Assembly: GCF_041956535.1 (NCBI RefSeq)
Contig: NW_027192193.1
Location: forward strand, 797,192 to 861,191
Direction: 5' to 3'
From: Calcarisporiella thermophila CBS 279.70
Lineage: Eukaryota; Fungi; Calcarisporiellomycota
Length of the DNA: 64,000 nucleotides
Positions 38,053-52,923 of this stretch are shown piece after piece. The notes beneath the pieces are model-generated. The model was given only the letters and a program-made list of their open reading frames with translations, was not told the origin of the DNA and did not search any database. The translations under genes and the position numbers were made by a program. Within the stretch, counting starts at the first letter, position 1; every line of letters starts with the position of its first letter.

Positions 38053-38366
38053 ATATACGACTGCTATAATTTTCATCGGGCCATCCCATTTATCACCGAT
38101 CGATAGCTTTTTTTTGTTTTACTAATCAACTGGCGATATATCCTTGGATAAGGAAAACATTCAGACTATTTTTGGGCAATATACATTGAAAGAAATAGAT
38201 ATCTCCCGCAATATTGTTAGTCTTGTTTCATTGTGGATTCCTCCAAAATATATTTTATGTATATGAGACCTTTCTAAAACACGTTCAGAGTCTTATTCCC
38301 CTTGGCAGTCCAATATATTCGTTGAGAATGCCTGGATTTCGGAGATACGCTTAAGTTTGCAGCATC

Positions 38367-38421
38367 GTGCTTACTTAGCACCAGCATGTGCCCTTAAATC
38401 CCACTGGCCAATGCTTAGTAA
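38367..38421 (+). promoter_or_regulatory. Putative Yap1/Pap1 (AP-1) response elements
   Basis: TTAGTAA at 38415-38421 and TGCTTACTTAGCA at about 38368-38380, upstream of a TATAAAA (about 38559) and the flavodoxin-like gene. Confidence 0.4.
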
Positions 38422-38658
38422 TGTGCACGGTGTATTAGGAAGGCAAGTTCTCACACATTCGCCAACAATATTGCGAAATTCCGCCCCGTGGCTTAGAATC
38501 TAATGTGCAATGAGACTATAGTTCCAAATAAAGAAGAAATTTCTCGGGCATGCTCAATTATAAAAATAGGCTGATTGAGCTCGGGGTATCTTCACTTCAT
38601 CCCTACTTCTACACACTCTATTCTCGCTTCACTGTCTCCTTACTCCCCCATAAGAAAA

Positions 38659-39349
38659 ATGGTCAAAATCTTCGTTGTGTACTATTCCTTGTACGGCCAT
38701 GTCCGCACCTTGGCCCACGCCGAAGCTGAGGGTATCAGAAAGATCCCCGGCGTTGAGGTGGAGGTGTATCAGATTCCGGAAACGCTCCCCCAAGAAGGTA
38801 ATGCAGCCTAACTGTTGTCTGACGGCAAATATCAACGCAGATATTCACCGCTTGCCCTTCTTCCTTATAGTCCTCGAAAAGATGCATGCCCCCCCTAAGT
38901 CGGATGATCCTATCATCACTCCCGCTAAGTTGGCGGAAGCCGACGGAATTCTCTTCGGTATCCCCACCCGCTACGGTAGCAAGAGTGCTCAATGGCAATC
39001 ATTCATTGATGCAACCGGTCAGCTCTGGGCGACCGGTGCCCTTGACGGGAAATTCGCGGGCACTTTCTTCTCAACCAGCTCGCAGCACGGTGGCCAAGAG
39101 ACCACGGCTCTCACCTTCCTTACCACCCTGGTCCACCACGGCATCATCTACGTGCCTCTTGGATATAAGCATGCTTACAATAACCTCACGACTACCGAAG
39201 AAATCATCGGAGGATCTCCCTATGGAGCTGGTACAATCACCACGCCGACCGGGGCCCGCTTGCCATCTAAGATCGAGCTCGAGACGGCGCGCATCCAAGG
39301 TCAAAGATTTGCCGAGATCGTGTCTCAAAGCGTGCGCGGAAGACAGTAG
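38659..39349 (+). CDS. Flavodoxin-like NAD(P)H:quinone oxidoreductase (WrbA/Pst2/Ycp4 family)
   Basis: IFVVYYSLYGHV, YQIPETL, FGIPTRYG, STSSQHGGQETT, GGSPYGAG; one intron. Confidence 0.95.
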
Positions 39350-40003
39350 ACTTTCCATTAATTGTATTATATTTTCTACCTGTGTTTCTTCTAAATGTTA
39401 TACTGAAAAGTCGGATCGAGCTTGATATGCATTTGAATGTTAATTTTATCATGGCACAATATTAAAAGTGGTGATTTGCCTTTTTGAAAATACGTAAAAA
39501 GCTTGAATGACTAGATGGAGAAAAAGTTACAGTTTCCAAGTATTACGAGCTGGTTCAAAATTAATCCAGCTGGCCGAATATATAATTTTTCCCATAGCGT
39601 GATAGGGTGAGTTATGTTAAAGTGGCGGGAGAAGCTTATTTTATCGGCCTCTGGAGACAAATTATCGCGTCGACCAGGGAGCTGTTGGTATACTACTAGG
39701 ACACAAATCGGTTTATCAAATGATGCGGAATAAGTGGGATATATTTCTTTATATGCAGGCTATTATTGTTCAGGTATGGCACACTCTTACAGAGCTTACG
39801 GTTTAGGAGCAAGAATAGAGCATTGAAACCACGGAGAGGGAATAAATAGTAGGGAACGCTAGAAAATCAGACCGCAGCTTGATCCTCAGGGACACTGATT
39901 AAATCTAATTGCTTGAGGTGTTTGTTATAATATAAGCCACCTGAGCATTCCATAACCCCAGATCTGTCCAAGATCGATCCTCTCTCGACTATCACTAAAA
40001 GTT

Positions 40004-42131
<2,128 letters not shown>

Positions 42132-42745
42132 ATGCTTTTGCACCTTTGTTCCTGGTGTGCTTGGGGGTCGGACGCGCTCGATTTTATTCTTTTAGACTGG
42201 GACTTGTTTTTCTCTTCTCTGTGTAATCATACATGATGTTTCGATATATATGAGGCTTTGCCCCTCTGGATCAAAAAGGACGTGGAGTTCATTTGCTGAA
42301 GTGGAATGCCTCTGAAACACTTAACAAAAGCCGCACTGTTTTATTATATCTCCTTTGAATATTCACATTTTAAGACGGGGGAAAATAATCGAGAGCATCG
42401 AAGCAATAAAGGGAATAGTCATCATAATAAGTTACTAGGGGCTAAAAGGGCTAAATATGAAATAAGAATAGTTAGGGGACAATGATATTGGAGACAAAAC
42501 ATTTTCAAACGTACAAAACCAAAAAAAAAAGCGTATAAACAACCACAAAAGCCTTAAGAGGGAAAGTAAAGAAAAAAAAATAACAAAATATAGCATATAT
42601 AGAACAAATAAGATAACAGAGCAAAGAGGAAAGCGAAAAACGGTGTTTTTTTTTTAAAAAAAAAAAAAGAAAACTAACGTATACGGTATGGTCTATTATA
42701 TAAAATAAATCGTTGTTTTGTAACACTGTAAAAACAACAATACTT

Positions 42746-45700
42746 TCAGCGCCAGCCTCCAGATGGAGGCTGCGGGGGATGTTGCTGATGCTGCTGCTGC
42801 TGCTGCTGTTGCATCTTTTGCAATGCAACGACGGCTGCGGCAGTTGCCTGCGCGAACATGCGCTTCTGTTCGTCGTCATTCGCAGGCTGCGTTACGCCCG
42901 AATTGTTCAACCTTGCCCGTGCCTCCATCCACGCGGCCATCATACGTTGGGTTGTATCAGGACGCACCCCCGTGAGCGTTAAGGATTTGACTGTTTCGGA
43001 GGTGGAGGAGGGCATTTGCGGAGTTGCTGTGGGGGAGCGGTATGAAGTGGATGAGGGGGTTGCATTGGTGGAGGGGTTGGGGGGTTGAGAGGTAAATCGG
43101 GAGTCGTCGGAAGTTAAGCGGCGTTGCCGCTTCGAGCTACTTGTATTTACAGGAGGGGTTGGAGGGGGCAATCTTGACGTGGACGCCGAAGAGGTCATGG
43201 AGCTCTCGTTGGGTGGTATCGTGGTTGGGGAAGCGGCTAGGGGGGAATAGGCCGAGTGAGAGCGCGACATCCCAAGACTTACCGGCCGCCCACCGCTCGC
43301 GCGCTTCCCTGTAACGCTGGGCACTGGATCTTGATTTGTTTGCTGCTGTTGAGCTAGTCGAGGTTTAGTGGGCTTCCCACTCGCACCCGCTCCGTGCCGA
43401 TTACGCTTCTTGATCACGTCCGTCTTCAGGCTGAGGGGCCGCACAACACCGTGAAGCTTATAAAAGAGTCCACATGCATTACACAGCGGATTGCCTTCTG
43501 GATCACGGCGCCAAAGTGGTGTAGTCCGTGTGCCACAGTTTGAGCATTCCGTCGGGGTAGAGTATTTGTTGTTGTTGTTAGAAGCGGCATGACTGTCTTT
43601 TCCAGCCTTGGAGGACTGTGAATCTACACCTGTCTCTGGCTCTTCATTGCCCTGTAGGTTGGCATCATCCTGATCAGTCGTAGTGGACATTGGACTATGA
43701 GAATGAGGTCGAGTGCGTTGCGGAAGCTGTTGAGTATGTTTGCGCTCCGTCTTGATCGGCGTCATTGGTGTTGGACGCGGAAAAGTCATCAAACGCTGCA
43801 TTTGTGGGCGCTTCATCAAGTCTTTTCGTTTCTGAGTCTCTACATCTTCACTCTCTCCGGCTTCGTCCAACCCTCCGATGTCATCACCTCCTCCGCCATC
43901 CTTAGGGCGATCGCCGTTGCGCATTCGAACACCATGCCCTTTCGTGGCTTCGCGATATTGGGGCTTCCCTGGATATGTAGCCGTAGGAGAGGAGGATGCA
44001 GACATCGTCGCCGAGGATGCAGCTGAAGTGCCTCCCAAAAGTGTCGGATCAATATGGGTTTGGGTTTGTACTCCATTGCCACCGTTCCCAGTTAGCTGTG
44101 CAAATGCCTCGAATGGAATCCCAGCATTCCCCACAGACCCTAATGCTCCCGCTGTCGAGTAAAGGTTGAGGAGTTGCTCAATTGACAAGCCGGTCAAGAG
44201 GTGGTCAGATGCGACACCTTGTAATTTGTTCATTGCCTCGCCAGCAGTGGATGCATCTGCAATTCCAAAATAGGCCTCATCCTGATCATCCTCGTTTGCT
44301 GGAGGAGTTTCAACTGGCGTATGATCAGAAGAGATATTTGAACGGCGGTGATGAGGCTGACCCGTGATTGTCCGTGAATATCCCATTGAATCAGACCCTA
44401 GGTAACGTGAACCAAATCCCCTACTACTGGAGAGGTCACCGGTGGAGTTCTCCAAGAGGGCTGAATTGCCGAGTGATGAAGTGCCGGATTGAATCCCGGC
44501 ATACTCCTCCATATCTGAGTTGTCAGGGAGCTCATAGGGGATGGTGATGCTTGAGGCGCCGGAGAGTTGAGGGGAAACGGTCGCAAGGTATTCTTGATTG
44601 AACTAAAATACAAAATTGTTCAAAGATAAGAAAATCAGTAGGTAGTATGGGTCAAATCTTGCCATCCCCAGCTGTAGCAGCCCCTCCATTCCCGGCCACC
44701 CATCTCCAAGAAAACTTGAGGATTTGAAGTAAAAGAACAAAGATAATAGCATACATAAGTAGGGGTGAGAAAAGGGGTACGAACCTGTTGCTGTGCCTGC
44801 TTTAAACGCGCATTTGACGAAAGATATTCGTTGGCTTCTCCATAGGATCCAGCGGTGCTCATCATTTGAGATGGAAGGATGGCACGGGTACTCCCCGCTA
44901 TCATAACCTTACGTGGCGTTCGTTCAGAAAACATCCACGACTGCTCGGACTGCTGCTGCTCCTGAGGTTCCTGGGCATGCTGATGGCCCACGGCTGGGGA
45001 TTCCGGGTATTGAATTTGTTGATCCAGCAAGAGTTGGTTCCCCTCTAATGCCGTCAATCCATATAACTCTGAAAAGAGTTGCGGAGGCGCGGAGGAGGAA
45101 AAGTTAGCAGTCGGATCGTCCTCTGGCAGTGCGCCAGAAGAGGGGTCGATTGCTGCGTGTGGCCCGCTTTGAATATTGATAGGTAGGGTGCCTGAGGCAG
45201 AGTTGGACAACGACTCGTTGAGCCCTTCTGCAGGCAATTTCTCCTCGCTCTCATCCAACGCCATCAAATCTGACTCTCCATTCTCGAACTTGAATATCCC
45301 CTGATCGTCTGGACTCAATAGGGTTGCGTCATGCAACTCCATATCCATAGTTCTATTTTGTAGTGCATGGGGGGATCTTCCCTGTTCGGGCGACGGCTTT
45401 CCAGAGTCGGAGGCATATGGTGAGCTTACTGGGGTAGCAGAATCCTCGCGAGCTTTCTTCTTCACCTCATTCTGCTGTCTCTTTTTGGAGAGCGTCATAG
45501 CCATCATTCGCCATGTCAGGTTCTCAAGCCGTGATCCATTCGGTAAGCTATCCTTTGCTTTTGTATATAATCGCCAGATCTGAGCCGCAAGTGGATCTTT
45601 TTTGGCTTGCGGAAATGCTGAATTCTCATCGGATTCATTCTCCGAGTCGGATGATACATCATGTGTATTGCGTACATTCATTAGGCCACCATCATTCATA

Positions 45701-45987
45701 TCCCGCTGTTTCAGCTTGTTCTTACTATTTTCAGACGCCCGTGGTCTTGGGGGGAACAAATTGTCCGAAAGCAGCGTAGTGACGATGGGAGGAGATCTCG
45801 GCGTGACAACCGTCAGGGCAGTCGTTGGGGGGGATTTAAGGAGCTCTCGAATGTTTTGGTTCGTCGACTGGGAGCCTACAAGATCATGCCTTGAGGAACT
45901 CAGGCTAGACTCTCCATCTCTTTCCCCACCATCGCTATTACGAGGGCGCCTAGAAACAGTGCCGCCCAAGGTCACATTTTGATCCAT
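42746..45987 (-). CDS. areA: AreA/NIT2/Gat1-type GATA nitrogen regulator
   Basis: N-terminal [34 protein letters not shown] (DUF1752) and GATA finger [50 protein letters not shown]; one intron at about 44609-44784. Confidence 0.9.
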
Positions 45988-47067
45988 TATTTCGGGCTCG
46001 ATGCTATTTTGGTTCAGCAGATATATCAGGTAACTTCTCTCAATAAGGTTCAATGTGCGCTAGCGACGGGGTGGTTGAAAAATGCAATTCTGCTACAAGG
46101 GGTGCAGCGAAAGTAGGTGAGTGATTAGTGGGAAAGAGATAATCAGACAAAACCTCAGAGAAAGCAGTGAGGATTTAGGCCCGCCATGCGATTCTGAAGC
46201 TGAATGGAGAGTGTTACAATAAAAAAAGAGTACTTACAACCAAGTAGCTAAGGTGGTATAAAATTGCTCAATTAGAACCAAAGAAAATGAAATTAGTTGC
46301 GCAAACGAAATGAGAAACCAATGGAGACGAGGGGAAAAAGAATGCGAGTTTGATTAGAAAAATTAAGTAAGAGGACGGGAGGAACAAGGTGTGTGAGAGC
46401 GGTGGAAATAGAGAAATAGGAAGACAATAAAATGATGGCGCAGTGCGACTTCTCGCTTAAATGTTGGAGCGCTGGTAGCAGGAGAGGGTCCTAGCGGTGG
46501 GGGATGGTCTGCGTTGGGATACAAGTTAGCAAGGGGCAATGGGTCTCCCTTGCTGTGCTGCTGTGGAGAGATTGATGTGATTGATAAGTATTAGCATCAT
46601 TCTTGCTCTGCTCTGGCTCCACTGAGATGCAGATCCACGTGAATGCTGGTGGAACTATTACCTTATGCTTAGCCTTCGCTGGCGATTCGCTGCTAACCAC
46701 TCAACAATCACCAAAAATACCTGTTAAAGCTTCCACAACATATAGCCTCGAGAATGAGTGCAGGCAGCCATTGCAACACTGCCCAGAGAGATCTGTCCGC
46801 CCGCCTTCCCCGCACTTCCTGTAAACTTCCCACTCCTCCTAGCATATGCTGAGCTTCAAGGCCAATTTTTCGATCGGAACCAACGAAACACTTTAATTTC
46901 TGAACAGGAGCATAAAACCTCATCATATTACATCACTGCTGCTGCGCCCACCTCTTAGATTTTCTCGAAGAGAAAAAAAAAAGGGTTGCTAAATCCTTCA
47001 TAATTCATCCTACCATCCCCATTCCTTCACCTCCAGATTCCTCTCTGTTGTTTTCAATTCATTAACC

Positions 47068-48714
47068 ATGAGTTTACACGTTAACTTCAATACTCACTCA
47101 CAAGATCTCCAGTCAAGCTATGCGTCAGTGCTGAATAATGACGCGTCAGTGAACTGGGCCTTGTATGGTTATGACCGTGGCACAAATGATCTCAAATTAA
47201 TTGCAACGGGCGATGGTGGGCTTGAGGAGCTAGCGGAGGAATTTAACGATGGTCAAATTCAGTATGCATTTGCACGCGTGCAGGACCCAAATTTCGATCT
47301 ACCGAAATTTATACTGATTTCATGGGTACACGTTGTTGCTAATTTCGAGGAGTCCCAATTCTGATAAGGCTCATCTTTTTAGGTTGGATCGGGAGTACCT
47401 GAAAACAAGAAGGGATTATTCAACTCTCACCTTTCCGACATCTCCTCTCGTTTCCTAAAGGGCTATCATTTGCAGATTAATGCTCGAAGCGAAGAAGATG
47501 TTGACCCAGAATACATAATGAAACGAGTTGCAGAGTCATCCGGGGCAAAGTATTCCATTCATCGTGAGGCACCCAAGCCACAAGAGCCCATACTTCCCGT
47601 AAGATCGGTATATCAAAAAACTCAGATTCCAGACATCGCAGCTATGCAGCGCGAAAGTATGCGAAAAGAGGGACCTCCCGTTCCAGTCGGAACTAATTAT
47701 AAGCCAATTGTCACCAATCCGAAACCTCTTGGTGCAACTTCGTTTGATGAATCGCAAAGAAGACAGGAGGAAATAGAAAGGCGTGAAATGGAACAACGAC
47801 AGGCACGGGAGGAGATCGAAAGGCGCGAGGCAGAGATGAGGGAGAGATTGGAGAGGGAAGAAAAAGAACGACAGGAGAGAGCAGAGATGGAACGAAGGAA
47901 TAGAGAAGCTCAAGAACAGCGAGAGAGGGAGCAGCGGGAGGAGGAGGAGAGGCGAAGAATGGAAGAAGAGGCCGCCGCCACCGCTGCTGCTGAAACGGAA
48001 AGAAAACGTTTGGAACTGGAAGAGGAAGAGAGGCGGCGACAAGAAGAGGAAGAAAAGCATCGTCAAGAGGAGGAAGAGCGGCTCCAACAGGAGAGATTAC
48101 GCCAAGAGCAAGAAGCAGAAAATGTTCGCTCTGACTATGTATGAGAGTTCTATTTGACGTGATACGCCTGCAATTTTCCAAATATTAAAATTGACGTATT
48201 TGATCCCTCTTCATAGGCGGCACCCGTTCAGGAAACTACCCACGAATCACTTTCTGCCATAGTGGTCTATGATTATGATGCAGCTGAAGAAAACGAAATG
48301 TCCTTGGTTGAAGGTGAAATCATTACAGATATAGTGCAAGTAGACGAGGGATGGTGGCAGGGAGTCGGAGAGCACGGGAAAAAATCCGGGCTTTTCCCCG
48401 CTAACTACGTGCAGATACTCGAGGCCGATCAAGCTAAACAGGCTGTGCTCCCTGATTCCCACCCCGTCTCGGTTGCCCCGGTACCCGAGGCTGAAGCCAG
48501 CATTGCGCCTGTAGAGGAAGCAGCGACAGGGGGATATGCAGCAACCGCTTTGTATGACTACGAGGCAGGCGAGGACAATGAGATCTCCTTCCAGGAGGGC
48601 GAAATAATCCAGGAAATTGAGTTTGTATCTGATGACTGGTGGCAAGGAAAGTCTTCTTCTACAGGTCAAATTGGTCTCTTCCCCGCGAATTATGTAGAGC
48701 TCCACCAGCAATAA
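47068..48714 (+). CDS. ABP1: Actin-binding protein Abp1/drebrin-like (ADF-H, charged helix, two SH3 domains)
   Basis: NWALYGY...GGLEEL...IQYAFARVQDPNFDLPKFILISW (ADF-H); E/R-rich helix; two SH3 domains (YDYDAAEENE...GLFPANYV; ALYDYEAGEDNE...GLFPANYV). Confidence 0.92.
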
Positions 48715-49044
48715 ATTTATTGCGATTCTTGTGAATTTTGTTTTTTGTCATTTCTCTGTTCTCTGTTCTCTTTTTTTTCTTCCTCCATTATATCAACATG
48801 AAATATTTCTTTCATATATTTCATCATAATACAAGAAGCGTCAAGAAAAATATAAAAGCCCATTCGGAAAACATTGGTATACTTTAAAAAAATTCTCAAA
48901 GGTCGTTTGCACACTGGCGATATATAAAAAAACAAGAGAAAATATAGAGATTTGGAAAACAAGTGCAAAAGAGCGATAAACAAAAAAAAAGCAATGAAAA
49001 TATAAATACACCATATATTTCAGCCCTACCCTAGCAAGAAACTA

Positions 49045-50762
49045 TCAGTGAATATCAACTCCTCTCAGTTTTTCCTCTATTCTCTCTCTTTCGTCAAGAT
49101 GATCATTATCGCTATATTCGCTCTCACTCAATTCCTCGTCCTCATCGTCATCGCTGTCCTCCGGGAATGCTTTCTGCCGCTGTCTTTGGTTCCAGTTCAG
49201 ACATCTTGTCAAGGACTCGAACCAATCCTCTGACTGGGATGTGGCGCATATGGTGGGGAATGGGAATTGGGACGCCGTTATTTTGATATAATCACCCTGT
49301 TTGAGTTCGATGCGACCACGGCCATCAAAGCTGGCCCACGCGGTGCTACGGGATGTGAGAGGGACTTGAACGCGAAGCTCCATTGAGTCAGGAAGTAGCA
49401 TCGGACGAAAACTGAGAGTGTGTGGGCAAAGTGGAGTGATGAGGAAAGCCGGAATTTCCGGGTGGGTGAGAGGGCCACCTGCAGCCAACTGAGCGCAAAA
49501 AAAAGGTGATGAATCAATAAGACGTCTATTAAGGTGAAAAAGATAAATTCCCAATGACACTTACAGAATAAGCTGTTGACCCTGTTGGGGTTGATACAGC
49601 AAGTCCATCCGCTTGCACGGTCGTCAGATGCTTCTCGTCTCCAAATAATTCCATCAAACTCATATAAGGGCTGGGGCCTCGATCTACGACCAAATCGTTC
49701 AGGACTTCAAAGGATTCTACAGGGAAATGTTCAATTGCCTCTTCCTCTAAGCGCTTTTTCTTTTTCCTCTTTTGTTTGCCAGCGGAATTTTCGGCGTCTG
49801 GTGCTGCGTGCTCGGGCATTATATCAACCAGCCGACGAGCACGATATACAGTGCATGAGAACCGCATCCGTAAATGAATACGGACGCCTTTGTCGATGGC
49901 CGTTGTTATATGCTCACGATGGTGTGAAAAATTGAAGCTAGTGAGAAAGCCAAGAGAGCCCAGATTAAAGGGGAAAACAGGAGGAACGATATGCTGGAAG
50001 AGCCATGAGGTATAGAGCACGGTCCCATCACCACCGAGCTAACCAAGAAAAACCGAACATTCAGATAAATATATCCATCAAAGGGAGTTATGCGGGATGA
50101 ATACCGTAATAATAAAATCAAACATGTGTGGGGAGCGAGCACATAGGTCGGGAGTCCAAAACTTGATATTATCCGCAAACTTAGAGGTTTTTACCAGTTG
50201 CCTGTATTTGAACTTGCGAGCGTCTCTAAGTTTCTCTTCGACATAACTATTGTTTGGAAAAGCATGAGTCGGATGACAAATCAAATTCAGATCAAGCGAT
50301 TCCAAAAAAAGCTTACACAGTCATCCCCTTCTCCAACAGCCACTCCAACAATTGTCTGGTTAAAGGAATGAGCCCAGCATCGTTCGTCTTGGTGACTATC
50401 ATGACAGTTCTTGGCTGCTCCCATTTTATTCTTGCCCTCCCCAGCCGCTTTGCCGCCTCTCGCACCCCATTTGCAGTCTCAGCAAGTTTAGACATCAGGC
50501 TCGAATCACGCTCGTATTCAAAGGAGTCGGAGTCAGGAGGCGTCACGGGCACATTATCATCGAAGAACGTGGAAGGGAAAGGAATGGCATTGTCAATGGC
50601 CTTGTGTAGAAGGCACGGGGATTTTGGTCCATCACTTAGAGTAGCAGGAGAGCGCGGGGGTAGTGGAAGGGTATAGGCATAGGAGCGATGCTCTAATCCC
50701 TCATGCCGATATTGATGCGATGATTCATGTAGAGAATGCGACCCTTGTACATTGGAAGACAT
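49045..50762 (-). CDS. NAD(H) kinase (Utr1/Yef1-like)
   Basis: IIT|LGGDGTVL, FNLGSLGFL, VLNDLVVDRGPSPY, VQADGLAVSTPTGSTAYS, TPLCPHTLSFRP, WASFDG. Confidence 0.96.
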
Positions 50763-51504
50763 CCTCTCCGGCTTTAGATGCTTAAATAAGGATTAAACTA
50801 TCTAGCTAGATGCTAACCACTAATGGAACTGCTAATTCTACAAGACTCGAGGATCAAGCATGTACCAAGAGAGAAGTCTATAAATAATTAGGGAGGCGGG
50901 GGCGGAATAAAATGCGAGGGTTAAGTCCCGAGACGTAGTGGAACTTGCAGAGACAAAGAGATAAAAGAATAACAATTGCGATAGCGTTACATTTTAAGAT
51001 TATGTCCAATGGGCATTGGATTCTGTTACTCCACCCCCGTAAGACCGAGGGGTAAATGTTGTTTTAGTGACAAACCCGTATGTTCGGAGCCAAAATTAGC
51101 CCAAATCGGCCTGCCGGCCACTGAATCCTGGCCCTAGCTCGGCCATGCGGCCTCGATTTCTCTCCTAATTGCACTGGTAGTTTTCCTCACGGGCCGTGAC
51201 TACTGCTTTGGACCCATTAAGCTTAATGCAGTTAAGCTAGGGACCCTGAACCAACTGTCACAGCCTTTTAAGCACGAACTTCACACTATACACAGCATCT
51301 ATTAATCCATAATTTGCCATGGATAGCTAATAAAAGTCAAATAAACCTCAATTTGAGCTTTGAGGTCCTCTTGATCTCTGGCTCTAAATCTGGGCTTCTC
51401 TAGCCGCTGATGCTCAGGACCTCGGCCGGATAAACCATCTCACAATTCTCCCCAGAAAAGTGGCCCCCACTATCTGCAAGCCTCCAGCTAGAATCCTCCG
51501 ATTC

Positions 51505-52527
51505 CTATAGCCTTGCTGTTCCATTAGCTGGATGACCATGTTCGTATTCTTCAGATGCCCCTAACTCTTCGACAATTGTCTCTGCTTTATCTCGAAAACT
51601 CGCATACAGCATATTCCATCGCTTTACATCCACCAGCTGTAAAAGAGTCGCAAGCTGGGGTGGGTAAAGCTTGATTTCTTCTCTCTCGAATGCACGCAGA
51701 GCCTCAGAGGGGGTAAACCAATGAAGCTGCGTTGTTTCCTCTAGGTCGGCACTAGCAAACGGGACGGAAGTAAGCGTGACAAGAAAAAAAAGCGTGTCAA
51801 ATCGCCGAGGAAATTTTTGAGGGGTAATCCAATGGCCCAAAGGGAGTAGAGGCTCAACTAGGGGGCGGAGGTCGTATTTATTGCAAAGATGGTATAGCTG
51901 GGATGCATCATTGTGGACCTGAGAGGATATGGTAGATTTGATAAATATGCTACATGTTAGGTATATGAATGCATTGAGGAAGATATACGATACAATCTTC
52001 CGCCATTTTTCCAGCTCTTGCAAAGTAAGGCCGGCCCCGTGGTTTTCCACTAAAAGCACGCCACTCTCTTCGAATGTCTCACGAATGGCACATATGCGGT
52101 GGGAGAGCAAACCTCTGGATAGATACAATTTAGGTAAAGAAAACAAAATATGAAAACCGGCCAGGTTACTTTTTATTGTTCAAGTGAGGATACATCTCTT
52201 GCCACGTCGTATCTTCATCAGCTGAATCCACTATTCCACCTGGAAGGGCATGTAAGCATGGTAATCAATGCATGACGAATATAAAATACCTGGAAACACT
52301 GAAGCATTCTTGAATGTCCCTAATGCATTCCGCTGTATCATCAGCACCTTATAATCGAAATCATTATTGCTCTCGCTTCGGCCGTAGGCGGAGTCTGTTT
52401 TAGCTGCTATAACGATTCTAAAGATGTCCCAATTCAAAAGTTAGAGCCATTTTAAAGTAAAGAGGGTATATATATTTCCTCACGTTGATGAAGAGAGTGG
52501 TGTTGCAACATGCTGTAAAATCTCCAT
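51505..52527 (-). CDS. Nudix hydrolase NUDT19-like (acyl-CoA diphosphatase), PTS1 -ARL
   Basis: VLMIQR, VFP|GGIVDSAD, CAIRETFEESGVLL, HWITP...RRFDTLFF, LYPPQ; ends ARL-stop. Confidence 0.88.
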
Positions 52528-52923
52528 GATTCTCCCTGTTCTAAAACTTTTATTTCATTACTCTAATTCAACGGTTTCATACAAGCCAAAGTACAAGCAA
52601 GGAAAGATTGTCACGTTTTAATAATTTCTCCTTGTATGCTTTTTTCCTCTGAATTGATGTAATAATATACAAGAGGTTTTATTATTAAACACTGGTTTAT
52701 CTACACTATATGCTGATACATGCGCTGCCCCAGCTATAAATGAATTCTTTGAAAAGCTATTATCATTGAATAGCACCCGAATTCTATGGGAAATTTTCAT
52801 CGTATCATCGTAATTATCGATGCGTACTAAAGTGATCTTAACGATTTATATCTTCTCAGCTATTCCCTCTAATAATTTTTATTTGCTACAGCATTACTTC
52901 TTTTTTAACACCATCTTGCACCT

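Noticed and set aside
51362-51423. SECIS-like TGAT...AAA...TGAT hairpin
   Set aside because: Helix II pairs poorly, and there is no upstream same-strand gene with an in-frame TGA.
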